A stretch of DNA of 64,000 bases from Bdellovibrionota bacterium (GCA_050950765.1 JBMNIF010000001.1:320001-384000), one strand, 5' to 3'; counted from the first letter of the stretch, positions 21,171-31,298 are shown. Notes: generated from the letters alone by a model not told the origin. Numbers and translations are program-made.

Positions 21171-23385
21171 GAAACAGATCCATATTATCACTTTAGGAGT
21201 GTTTTCCTTTATTGTGGCTGTTTTTGCCTGCGGGGTAGGGTATCATGGCTATTTTACGCCGCAATCTGCTTTAGGAGTTTTTAGTAAGATACATGGAGAT
21301 TCTTGGCTTGAAGACGGGGCTGCCATGTCATTTAGTGGCTTGGCAGAACGGGGTAATCGGGTTGATCTAAGATTTACAGGTTGGTATCCGAAAGGTCTAC
21401 CACCTGCTAAGATCAGAGCTTCTGTGTGTGGTGATGTTGTTGCTGAGTTTGATGCCTTACCAAACTTAGTTCAGTCGGTTTACCTAAAAGGCACTTGTGA
21501 GCCGAGAGAGGTAACCTTTAAAATCCTAAACCCCTTTCAGGTTTCAGCAAAAGATTCCAGACAGTTGGGAGCGCAACTAATCTCAGCAAAAGTTACTTCA
21601 CGGCTGGGAGTGCCGATCGTTAACTTAAAAAGTATAACGTCTGTTGGTATAGTAATTTTTATCCTGACCATTCTTACATATTGTGTACTGTTATCGTTTT
21701 CCACTAAAGCCACCTGTTTTGCTCTTCTTACGCCGATCTGTGCGATCTTCTGTTTTGAAAGTGCGACCCTTGAGAGACCTGATAAATTAATCGCCATCGG
21801 ATTATTTTGTGGCGCTGTCCTCGCTGGAATGTTGCTCAGGAAGAAAGATTTTGATCCTAAAGATCAATCTTGTCACTGTTGTATTCGTTACCTCCTTATC
21901 TTTGCACTTTTAACGGCAGCATCTTTACGGTTTTATGGTATAACCTTCGGACTCCCTGCTAATTATCATCCTGATGAGGTTCCTAAATATAATGCGATCA
22001 TGTCCATGTATAACGGAGGGACTTTAGATCCGAACTATTTTAAACATCCAAGCTTACTTCTTTACTCTACATATTTTGCAAATGTAGTGGTGCATTACTT
22101 TTTAAGTTTGTTTGGTAGCGCGCGCGAGTGGGGTGAAACTTTGATTTTATCGGGTAGGTTTGTCAGTGCTACTGCTGGAACGTTATCAGTTTTTTTTGTT
22201 TACATTATAGGGAAAAGGCTTTTTTCAAGAGGAACAGGTCTTATCGCAGCTTGGATTTTGGCGGTGCTGCCGTTACACGTAACTTGCAGCAGGTATGTTA
22301 AAGAAGATGCGTTATTAACCTGCTTTGTTTTAGCAACAGTTGTTGTTGTATTAAAAGCAGTTTATGAAGATAAAAAATATTTAATGCTTGTAGCGGGGCT
22401 ACTTGCTGGTGGGTCGGCAGGGGTAAAATATTCTGGAGCGCTTTCTGCTTTTATTTTAATAGCGGCACCATTTCTTAAGTCACGCTCTTTTAAGCCTGAT
22501 AAAACATATACCTTTTTAACAGTGTTGGCACTCTGTTTTGTGCCGTTAGGATTTCTGATCTCTACACCTTACAGTGTGCTTAATTCGACACAATTTTTAC
22601 GCGATTTTAATTATGAAAAAAACCATATGCAGAAGGGGCACTTTGTCTCGATTGATGCGTGGTCATATTTTTGGATGTATCATTTTAAACGAAGCATTAT
22701 TCCAGGAGTCTCTTTACCGATAGCGTTGTTAGGTGCAGCGGGGATCGGAGTTTTGTTGCGGAGATTTAAGATCAATGGACTTTATCTAATAGCGCTCTTT
22801 TTGCTCTACTATCTTCCGGCAGAATATGTGAAAGCAAAACCGGCGCCGCAGCCGGAGCGTTATATTTTACCGTGTTTGCCATTTATTGCGCTACTGGCAG
22901 CTGTTACTATACAAACGCTTTGTGATAAGTACAAAAAACTTTTGCCGTATTGCGTTTTACTCTTACTACTGCCTCCGTTTATTAGGAGTGTAAACCTTGC
23001 CTCCGAGATAAAGTATGATACCAGAGAAAAGATGCGCGATTGGATCCATCTCAATCTTCCTGATCAAAGTACAATAGCGATTGATATGAAAGCTTATGCC
23101 ATGCCGTTTTCTGACGATCGGATTAAAGTATTTGAATTGGATAGAAAAACTATTATTGAACAACTTGATGTTAAGAGGTTAAGACGTTCAGAGGGTGATT
23201 ACCTCTTGATTTCCAGCCTTTTTTACGATCGTTATTTTAGTCAAAGAGAGGCGAACCCTGCTGTGAGAGAAGTGTTTAGAAACCTAAAAAGAAGGCTTCG
23301 TCTCGTGCATAAAGAAAAACCGAAGTACGGGACTTACGGCTTTCACAATCCGAAACTACTACTGTTCTCGATACACGATTCGTAA
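21154..23385 (+). CDS. ArnT/PMT-like (GT-C) membrane glycosyltransferase
   Basis: YHPDE, F.HPSL, GVKY and ERYILP motifs; many TM helices. Confidence 0.8.
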   Translation: MMMLNKKQIHIITLGVFSFIVAVFACGVGYHGYFTPQSALGVFSKIHGDSWLEDGAAMSFSGLAERGNRVDLRFTGWYPKGLPPAKIRASVCGDVVAEFDALPNLVQSVYLKGTCEPREVTFKILNPFQVSAKDSRQLGAQLISAKVTSRLGVPIVNLKSITSVGIVIFILTILTYCVLLSFSTKATCFALLTPICAIFCFESATLERPDKLIAIGLFCGAVLAGMLLRKKDFDPKDQSCHCCIRYLLIFALLTAASLRFYGITFGLPANYHPDEVPKYNAIMSMYNGGTLDPNYFKHPSLLLYSTYFANVVVHYFLSLFGSAREWGETLILSGRFVSATAGTLSVFFVYIIGKRLFSRGTGLIAAWILAVLPLHVTCSRYVKEDALLTCFVLATVVVVLKAVYEDKKYLMLVAGLLAGGSAGVKYSGALSAFILIAAPFLKSRSFKPDKTYTFLTVLALCFVPLGFLISTPYSVLNSTQFLRDFNYEKNHMQKGHFVSIDAWSYFWMYHFKRSIIPGVSLPIALLGAAGIGVLLRRFKINGLYLIALFLLYYLPAEYVKAKPAPQPERYILPCLPFIALLAAVTIQTLCDKYKKLLPYCVLLLLLPPFIRSVNLASEIKYDTREKMRDWIHLNLPDQSTIAIDMKAYAMPFSDDRIKVFELDRKTIIEQLDVKRLRRSEGDYLLISSLFYDRYFSQREANPAVREVFRNLKRRLRLVHKEKPKYGTYGFHNPKLLLFSIHDS

Positions 23386-23422
23386 TGCTTTGTAAGACAA
23401 TAACGAGTAGCGGTGTCGGGAG

Positions 23423-24478
23423 TTAACCTTGAAATGCTGCTGCTGGCATAAAATCTTCATCTGAAATCGAATCAGTTGGTAACGTCTCACTGATATATTG
23501 AACCAGATATTTAGATCTCTCTGAAAAACAATCAGCACTTTCCAGATCCCAATCGGTTATCTGAGTATAGACGATACACTCTCTATTTCTAAGGAGGGGT
23601 AGTACTCCGCAGAATGATAGACCGTGATCTTCTAAATACTGGCAAAAGTCAGGGCAGGATGGGTCTTTCATACTGACGAAAAAGAGGTTTGGAACTGATG
23701 GCGAAAGATAATCGCTAATAACATTAAAATTAGTAAGTAGACTCGGAGTTATATATACATGAGAAAAACCTTGTCCGTAATATCTGCGAGCTTCGCAAGC
23801 TCTAATATCGGTTGGAACTGCAAAATATTCACCAGCGACTGATTGAAAAGACCTCTTTAGTCCACTTCCGTTATAGAGATACTTACAAGCTTCAAGGTGC
23901 TTTTGTGGAACGTATAAAGTTTCTGTCTCGGAAGGAATTTGAGATTGAGGGGAGAGGATTTTTTGAGCGAAAATAGCGTTTCGTCTTTTGGTGATATCTT
24001 TTGATTGTGGAGCTGCTCTGAAATAGTGGGGGAAGATAGCAGTTTCGAGTAGTCCGAAGGTATCACTCGCCACCTGTTGATAGCGACGCTCTTTAGACAT
24101 CAATAAGGCGTAAACACTACTCCAACGGTGACGCTCCGCCTGTTTTTTTACCATCTGCCAAGCCACCTCAGCCAGTTGGTCAATAAGGTAGAGGTGTTGA
24201 GGGTCTACTGCTGGAAAAGTTACTTGCACACTGTTACTTAGTTTACGATCTGGTTGAATGGCGAGGTGTGCGATGATTTTATTATTCATCAAAGCTAAGA
24301 TGCTGGAGAAGCGGGTACTAATTCGTCTACTCCAAAATTGCATATCATAAACGCCCTGTTCTGGAAAACTTTGACCGTATTCTGCCGTGAAAAGTTTGAT
24401 GATATTACGAATCTCAATTTCATTATCGGGGTTTCCTGCTTTTATACGAACATCTTTTAACTCATTATTCTGCTGCAT
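23423..24478 (-). CDS. Hypothetical protein, possible GNAT-like fold
   Basis: 351 aa ORF; AVDPQH and GLSFCGVLP segments reminiscent of acetyltransferase-like proteins. Confidence 0.55.
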   Translation of the reverse strand: MQQNNELKDVRIKAGNPDNEIEIRNIIKLFTAEYGQSFPEQGVYDMQFWSRRISTRFSSILALMNNKIIAHLAIQPDRKLSNSVQVTFPAVDPQHLYLIDQLAEVAWQMVKKQAERHRWSSVYALLMSKERRYQQVASDTFGLLETAIFPHYFRAAPQSKDITKRRNAIFAQKILSPQSQIPSETETLYVPQKHLEACKYLYNGSGLKRSFQSVAGEYFAVPTDIRACEARRYYGQGFSHVYITPSLLTNFNVISDYLSPSVPNLFFVSMKDPSCPDFCQYLEDHGLSFCGVLPLLRNRECIVYTQITDWDLESADCFSERSKYLVQYISETLPTDSISDEDFMPAAAFQG

Positions 24479-24839
24479 AGGGCAAAAGCCTCTCTCAAAT
24501 ACGTATTGTCTAAATTAAAATAGATATCTTTATATTTTTTAGAGTAGTTCGAGAGAATCAAACTTGCTACTCTTATCAAAGCTTCTTTTTGGTGTTAAAA
24601 CCTTCCCGTTACACCGTGCAACAGACTCAAGCAGATGGCAAAGAGGCACGAAAAACGGTTAACGTCATATTGTTGGCAATTCTATTTTGCCATTACGTTT
24701 ATTGCAATGTAGTATAGGCAAATATGTAGATTGAACTCAAATTGGGCGTAAAAAACATTGTAATAATAACTTATTATCCACAGAATGATCGTTCAAGGGG
24801 TCTCTCTTTTAATTAGGAAAAGATCATAGGAAAAGATTA

Positions 24840-26507
24840 GTGGCTGAAAAATTAAAGGGAAATACAAAAGGCTTATCTCTCTCTCAGATTAAGAGGGTGG
24901 AGAAGCTTTTTAATAGAAAAATTCAACAAGATGAGGTTGTATCTCCTGAGTTTGCGCGAGAGCTTTATGAGGCGGCAGAGAGTTTAGGGCGACGCATCGG
25001 TGTCTTGATAACAAGGGAAGGAGAGATTGCAGAGGTTATTTTAGGCACTAAAAATATTATATATCTCCCCGATCTTGGACGCTCTCGTTTAGGGGGTGCT
25101 CGTTTGCGACGCTTACGTTTCGTTTTTAGCGATCTCTCTATCAATGCAAAGCAAGTTATCCCGTCTGATGTCTATATTGACTTGGAAAAATTAAGGTTAG
25201 ATCTAGTGGCGGGCGTTAAGGTGGAGAAAGGCAAGGTTAGACTTGCTTACGCTTATAACGTACCGGAGAGGGGGGCTGATAATCGTGCAGTTAAAACGGA
25301 AGTAATTGAAAATTTAGCTGCGGGCACCCTTAATTTTTCGGAATTTATTGAAAACTTGGAAGGGGAGTTCTCTCGGAAAAGTTTACATGTAGCGCAAGGA
25401 AAAGATCGGGCTGTTCTTGTAGGGGTGTATCCTAAGAATGCTAAAAATGTAGAAGATTCGATGAACGAATTGCAGGAGCTGGCAAAAACGGCGGGTGTGC
25501 AAGTTATAGATAAGATCTTTCAGCGCAGGGATCCGGATCCGCGAACGTTACTTGGAAAGGGAAAACTTGAAGAGGTGGTCCTGCACTGTTTGCGGTGTGA
25601 TGCGGAGATTATTATTTTTGATACTGAATTAACGCCGTCACAGTGGCGAGTTATTACAAATAGTACGGATCTGCGTGTCTTGGATCGCAGTATGTTGATC
25701 TTAGATATCTTCTCTCAACGTGCAAGGAGTAGTGACGGACGTTTACAGGTGGAGTTAGCGCAATTAAAATATAATTTACCACGTTTAGTAGAAAAAGATG
25801 CGGGGCTTTCTCGTTTAACAGGTGGAATCGGTGGTAGAGGTCCAGGGGAAACGAAATTAGAGATTGGGCGGCGTCGTTCGAGAGAAAAAATTCGTGATAT
25901 AGAATTACAGATAGAGAAGTTTGCTAAGCAGCGAGCTTTAAAAAGACAGCAACGTAACATAAAAGAGATCCCGTTGGTGGCGTTACTCGGATACACCAAT
26001 GTTGGAAAGTCCACTCTCTTTAACGCATTAACAGATAGCTCCGTTCTGGCAGAGTCAAAACTTTTTGCCACCTTAGATCTTTCGCAGCGTAGATTGTTTC
26101 TGCCTGCTGTTGCGGAGGATGTTGATGGTGAAGGAAAAGCTATTTTTGAGGATCGGGGACGTACTGTAATTTTAGTTGATACGGTAGGGTTTATTCGAGA
26201 CCTGCCGGAGGAATTAACAGTTGCGTTTAAAGCCACTCTGGAAGAGGCGGAGGGAGCAGCGCTACTGTTGCATGTGCTGGATGCTTCAGATCCGGAGATC
26301 GCTTTAAGAAAACAGGCGGTAGATAAAATTATCTCGGATATGAATTTAGCGGATACTCCGCAGTTGATAGTTTTAAATAAAACGGATCGGATTTCAGAAG
26401 AGGAGGCTACTTTATTAGAAAAAGAGTATGGTGCCGTTGCAGTTTCTGCCTTATCAAAAAAAGGTCTGCCACTATTGTTAGGCAAGTTGGGAAGTTGCCT
26501 TAAGTAG
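24840..26507 (+). CDS. hflX: GTPase HflX with N-terminal extension
   Basis: LQVELAQL, GPGETKLE, GYTNVGKS, LFATLD, DTVGFI and NKTD motifs. Confidence 0.95.
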   Translation: MAEKLKGNTKGLSLSQIKRVEKLFNRKIQQDEVVSPEFARELYEAAESLGRRIGVLITREGEIAEVILGTKNIIYLPDLGRSRLGGARLRRLRFVFSDLSINAKQVIPSDVYIDLEKLRLDLVAGVKVEKGKVRLAYAYNVPERGADNRAVKTEVIENLAAGTLNFSEFIENLEGEFSRKSLHVAQGKDRAVLVGVYPKNAKNVEDSMNELQELAKTAGVQVIDKIFQRRDPDPRTLLGKGKLEEVVLHCLRCDAEIIIFDTELTPSQWRVITNSTDLRVLDRSMLILDIFSQRARSSDGRLQVELAQLKYNLPRLVEKDAGLSRLTGGIGGRGPGETKLEIGRRRSREKIRDIELQIEKFAKQRALKRQQRNIKEIPLVALLGYTNVGKSTLFNALTDSSVLAESKLFATLDLSQRRLFLPAVAEDVDGEGKAIFEDRGRTVILVDTVGFIRDLPEELTVAFKATLEEAEGAALLLHVLDASDPEIALRKQAVDKIISDMNLADTPQLIVLNKTDRISEEEATLLEKEYGAVAVSALSKKGLPLLLGKLGSCLK

Positions 26508-26945
26508 GGTGTTGCCCACCTTCTGATTTAGGCTTTGTAGTCAGTGCCACTTATGTTTTTAGAGGTAAGATTTTAAACTTTTTACAATTAAATTACTTAA
26601 ATAAGTTAAGGGCGTTAGCGACCGCTTAAGGCTTGGCTAAGAGTGGGTGTGTCTTTTTTGGGATATAAACGTGTTGCCTTAAAAATAAATTAGACTAAGA
26701 GGAGGAGTTGAAGTACTATCCTAGTGGCGATCTTTTTCTAAAGATTAAAAAATTAGTTAAGTAGAAGAGAAAAAATAAAGTGCTCTCGCATGACAGTTTT
26801 TATATCTCTGTGATGTGAGGGCGCACGGCAAAAATAAAGGTAATTTAGAAAGGTTTTTATACTGCTTGCGTGTCTCTCTATGGCAGCTCCTAAAAGTGTT
26901 AATGGAGCTATTACATCCATAACCTTGTTCATAAAGGAAACTATC

Positions 26946-27053
26946 ATGAACGTGAAAAGATTAGAAGACACCGTGCTTTTAGGCGGTGGCGGGTTTGAAA
27001 ACATGGAAAGATGAGAGAGCTGCGCGTTGCGCAACAACGCTCTAATTGAGTAA
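26946..27053 (+). pseudogene. Vestigial cassette 1 ORF (MNVKRLEDTVLLGGGGFENMER*ESCALRNNALIE*)
   Basis: AAAGGA SD, ATG at 26946, internal TGA, in-frame TAA abutting the trailer palindrome as in cassette 3. Confidence 0.5.
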
Positions 27054-27672
27054 ACCATCGTGCGATGGTTGTTTTCCGCAAAAACTGATTAGGAAAGGAG
27101 GTAATATGAGGTTAGAGAGCCAGAGAGGGAATGTAATCTTAACTCTGGCTCTCACCTGATAGGTTTCAAGTGTTTGCTGTGTGGCTCTCTAACCTTTTTA
27201 ATCTTCTTTAATCTTCATCTATAAGGTGTGTCTTTTTTTCTTTCATCGTGTGTTCTGCTTCTACAATTAAGGACGCTTAAACTTTACATTAAACTTTTTA
27301 CAATTAAATTACTTAAATAAGTTAAGGGCGTTAGGGATCGCTTAAGGCTTGGGTAAGAGAGGGTGTTTCTTTTTTTGGGATATAAATTAAAATTAGACTA
27401 AGAAGAAGGGATGGAATAAGATCCTGCCGGTGATCTTTATCTAAAGTTCCCCTAAAGATTAAAAAATTAGTTAGGTAGAAGAGAAAAAATAAAGTGCTCT
27501 CGCATGACAGTTTTTATATCTCTGTGATGGGAGGGCACACGGCAAAAATAAAGGTAATTTAGAAAGGTTTTATACTGCTTGCGTGCACCTCTCTATGGCA
27601 GCTCCTAAAAGTGTTAATGGAGCTATTTTCGGTAAAAACTCTTTTATAAGATTCCTTAGGAGGTACTTAACT

Positions 27673-28178
27673 ATGGATACTAAAAGAGAACGCCAACGGA
27701 AATTGTTGGAGAAAGCATGGGAAGAAAACCCAGCTCTGTTTGTTTATTGTTTGGTCATTGTGGTTGCTGAGAAAGCTCTCAAACTTGTGGGTAACAACAA
27801 TTTCGAAAGCCCAGTCTTACCAAGATCGCCTGACAACGAAGGCGAGTTTGCAATTGAACTGTGTCGAGTTAAAGAAGGTGTGGTTGTGAACTGCAAAGGT
27901 CAATCCGCACCATTCTTCGACTACAAGTTCCCGCGATCAGCGCTCGACTTTCTGTTCAAAATTGGTTCGGATGTGTTGTTGACGTTGATGATGAACGCCC
28001 CCCAGATTGCTGCGCAGCGACCCTTGAGGAACAAAATACAAAAAACCTGCGTGTATTTATTCTGTTCGCCAGACAACTGCAGAGTGATAAGAAATCCTTA
28101 GCTCAATTCGTTCTGCAGTTCGCGGATCCCCTTGAGAAGATGTTGTCTACCTTCCTCGTAAAAGCAAAAACTGATTAG
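27673..28178 (+). CDS. Cassette 2 hypothetical protein, probably frameshifted at C6 (27998-28003)
   Basis: TAGGAGGT SD before ATG 27673; as written it stops at 28101, but the alternative frame continues to TAG 28176-28178 inside the trailer. Confidence 0.6.
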
Positions 28179-28744
28179 GAAAGGAGGTAATATGAGGTTA
28201 GAGAGCCAGAGGGGAGATGTAATCTTACTCTGGCTCTCACCTGATAGGTTTCAAGTGTTTGCTGTGTGGCTCTCTAACCTTTTTAATCTTCATCTATAAG
28301 GTGTGTCTTTTTTTTCTTTTATCTTGTGTTCTGCTTCTACAATTAAGGACGCTTAAACTTTACATTAAACTTTTTACAATTAAATTACTTAAATAAGTTA
28401 AGGGCGTTAGCGACCGCTTAAGGCTTGGGTAAGAGTGGGTGTGTCTTTTTTTGGGGATATAAATTAAAATTAGACTAAGAAGAAGGGATGGAATAAGATC
28501 CTGCCGGTGATCTTTATCTAAAGTTCCCCTAAAGATTAAAAAATTAGTTAGGTAGAAGAGAAAAAATAAAGTGCTCTCGCATGACAGTTTTTATACCTCT
28601 GTGATGGGAGGGCACACGGCAAAAATAAAGGTAATTTAGAAAGGTTTTATACTGCTTGCGTGCACCTCTCTATGGCAGCTCCTAAAAGTGTTAAAGGAGC
28701 TATTACATCCATAACCTTTTTATAAGATCCTCTAGGAGGTGACT

Positions 28745-29209
28745 ATGCGTAACATCAGAGGAGAGCTCCAATGGGAATTGTTGGAGAAAGCGCGGGAAGA
28801 CAGGGAATGCTTGGGGGACTCGTCTTCCCGAGAAGAGGCCCAAAAAGCGGTTTTCAGGCTCTTTGGGGTTCTTGAGGAATATGAGCTCAGGGGAGACGCC
28901 AAGTTTACGTTTCTCCGTAGCAGAAAGTTGAAAGTCGACTTTGATGGCGGAGGCTCTACTGGGGTAGTGCATATATTCTTCCGCAATCCTGATACGAACG
29001 AGAAGATCCTTCACGTCGGAATTATGCGTGAAACGCTTGGATTCATGCTTGCGAATTTGAAGGGCTCAAAGCCTAATGAGTTTGATGGACTCTTTAAAAA
29101 ATACAAGAACAGCCTGAACAACCTCCTCATTTTCGCCGTATCACTGGAGATAGCGGAGATCGTGGAGCTGCTTAATGAAGCTCTCGATTCCCGTGATTCC
29201 GTTGAGTAG
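28745..29209 (+). CDS. Cassette 3 hypothetical protein (154 aa)
   Basis: TAGGAGGT SD before ATG 28745; stop abuts the palindrome at 29210. Confidence 0.75.
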   Translation: MRNIRGELQWELLEKAREDRECLGDSSSREEAQKAVFRLFGVLEEYELRGDAKFTFLRSRKLKVDFDGGGSTGVVHIFFRNPDTNEKILHVGIMRETLGFMLANLKGSKPNEFDGLFKKYKNSLNNLLIFAVSLEIAEIVELLNEALDSRDSVE

Positions 29210-29789
29210 ACCATCGTGCGATGGTGGTCCGCAAGAACTGATTGTAGAAAAGGTGATAAAGAGCCAGAGGGAGTATGCAATCTTAACTCTGGCTCTCACC
29301 TGATAGGTTTCAAGTGTTTGCTGTGTGGCTCTCTAACCTTTTAATCTTCATCTATAAAGCGTGGCTTTTTTTATCTTGTGATCTGCTTCTACAATTAAGG
29401 ACGCTTAAACTTTACATTAAACTTTTTACAATTGAATTACTTAAATAAGTTAAGGGCGTTAGCGACCGCTTAAGGTTTGGGTAAGAGTGGGTGTGTCTTT
29501 TTTTTAGATATAAATTAAAATTAGACTAAGAAGAAGGGATGGAATAAGATCCTGCCGGTGATCTTTATCTAAAGTTCCCCTAAAGATTAAAAAATTAGTT
29601 AGGTAGAAGAGAAAAAATAAAGTGCTCTCGCATGACAGTTTTTATATCTCTGTGATGGGAGGGCACACGGCAAAAATAAAGGTAATTTAGAAAGGTTTTT
29701 ATACTGCTTGCGTGCACCTCTCTATGGCAGCTCCTAAAAGTGTTAAAGGAGCTATTTTCGGTAAAAACTCTGATGTTAGGAGTTAGGAT

Positions 29790-30650
29790 ATGACTAAAAG
29801 TAGAAGTAATTCGACACCTAAGCCAGACTTGGGTCAGTGGTTGGCAGATGTGCGAACACAGGTGTCAAAATTCGAGGAAGCGCTAAGAGAAGCCGTAAGT
29901 AATCTGCTGGAACTCCTTAACCAAGTACCAGAAGAGGCACAACAACAGGCATCGGAAGCGTCGGAAGAACAGGCTTTGGAGCAGGAGCTAAAACAGACGC
30001 TGGAATCTTTGCTGGAACAGCTGCAACAGGCGTCAGGAGCAGAGGCGCTGGCAGATATGCTGGCAAAGGGAAGCGAGCTGATGAGCACTCAGTTGCAGAA
30101 TCGGCTGATGGCAACGATGGGATGGCTAATACATGGAAATGTATCAATGTCGACGCTAATCCAAGCGCTGCCGCTGCTATCGGAAAAAGAGCTGCAGCTT
30201 CAACTAGTACTTAAAGCTGGGTTGATACTGAGAAAACGACTGCTTCTGCAACAACTGCTGGAAAAGGCGGAAGAGATGCAGAAGGAGTTAAAACCTCGAG
30301 CACAGGAAAGCTTACTTCCCTCTCTCGCAATCCTTGCATTGGTTGGGGAGGTTGCAGCAAGTGCTTTGAAGAGAAGTGACTACCATGAGGATACGAAGAT
30401 CTCCGTACCTTTTGGGGACAACCCTCAAGAGCAATTCGAAATCAACATCACGTTTGCCACGCTTCGCCTTGTAGGGGAAACGGGGTGGGACATTTTATTG
30501 ATGTCGTTGCTCCTCGAAGAAAAATCTTATGAAGTCACTCTCAGATCGAGTAGCCAGCAAAGTCTACAAGAACTTCGTTCTCTCGCCGAACAAGTGGATC
30601 CAGAATTGGCGAAGCAGTTGATCACTGCTTTCGTAGAGCGGATCTCATAG
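29790..30650 (+). CDS. Cassette 4 hypothetical protein (Leu/Glu/Gln-rich, helical)
   Basis: 286 aa; AGGAG upstream; begins right after the conserved leader. Confidence 0.75.
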   Translation: MTKSRSNSTPKPDLGQWLADVRTQVSKFEEALREAVSNLLELLNQVPEEAQQQASEASEEQALEQELKQTLESLLEQLQQASGAEALADMLAKGSELMSTQLQNRLMATMGWLIHGNVSMSTLIQALPLLSEKELQLQLVLKAGLILRKRLLLQQLLEKAEEMQKELKPRAQESLLPSLAILALVGEVAASALKRSDYHEDTKISVPFGDNPQEQFEINITFATLRLVGETGWDILLMSLLLEEKSYEVTLRSSSQQSLQELRSLAEQVDPELAKQLITAFVERIS

Positions 30651-31298
30651 TGACTCGAGTCCTTGATTGTTAGTGCTCTTGCTGCGTAGACCATCGCGCG
30701 ATGGTTGTTTTCCGCAAAAACTGATTAGGAAAGGAGGTAATATGAGGTTAGAGAGCCAGAGGGAGTATGTAATCTTAACTCTGGCTCTCACCTGATAGGT
30801 TTCAAGTGTTTGCTGTGTGGCTCTCTAACCTTTTAATCTTTATCTATAAGGTGCGTCTTTTTTCTTTTATCTTGTGATCTGCTTCTACAATTAAGGACGC
30901 TTAAACTTTACATTAAACTTTTTACAATTAAATTACTTAAATAAGTTAAGGGCGTTAGGGCCGCTTAAGGCTTGGGTTAAGAGTGGGTGTGCCTTTTTTT
31001 TAGATATAAACGTGTTGCCTTAAAAATAAATTAGACTAAGGGGAGGAGTTGGAGTAAAGTCGTGGTGATAGTCTTCTCCCTGAAGATTAGAAAAAATTTG
31101 GTTAAGTAGAAGAAAAAGTAAGTGTTCTCTCATGACAGTTTTTTACATCTCTGTGATGGGAGAACACGGCGAAAACAAAAGGTAGAAAGGTTTTTATATA
31201 GTTTATGTTCTCCAAAAAAAATCGTTAAAGACAGCTTCTGTAATATGAATTTGCAGTAAGCTAGTCTGTCACCTTGTTCAACTTCCTTTTGCACTTAT

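Larger units (their letters stand above)
26573..31200 (+). repeat. Array of long conserved non-coding linkers (5 leaders, 4 trailers) separating variable ORFs
   Basis: Leader TTAAACTTTTTACAATT.AATTACTTAAATAAGTTAAGGGCGTTAG... starts at ~26573, ~27289, ~28365, ~29417 and ~30913; trailer ...AACTGATT..GAAAGG..GAGCCAGAG..CTCTGGCTCTCACCTGATAGGTTTCAAGTG starts at ~27054, ~28164, ~29210 and ~30690. Confidence 0.95.

Noticed and set aside
24600..24720. Possible structured RNA between the GNAT-like gene and hflX
   Set aside because: Only short, weak inverted repeats with no recognisable motif.
25715..26485. 256-aa antisense ORF within hflX, and similar shadow ORFs (11235..11735, 33724..34266, 48424..48837, 59864..60235)
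   Set aside because: They are antisense to well-supported genes and have no recognisable motifs.
27583..27672. GTG start at 27583 for cassette 2, and minus-strand ORF 26753..27058
   Set aside because: Both lie in the conserved non-coding leader; the SD supports ATG 27673.
26573..31200. Classical integron cassette array
   Set aside because: No intI in the window; linkers are ~580 bp and I could not find the RYYYAAC...GTTRRRY attC architecture at cassette boundaries.
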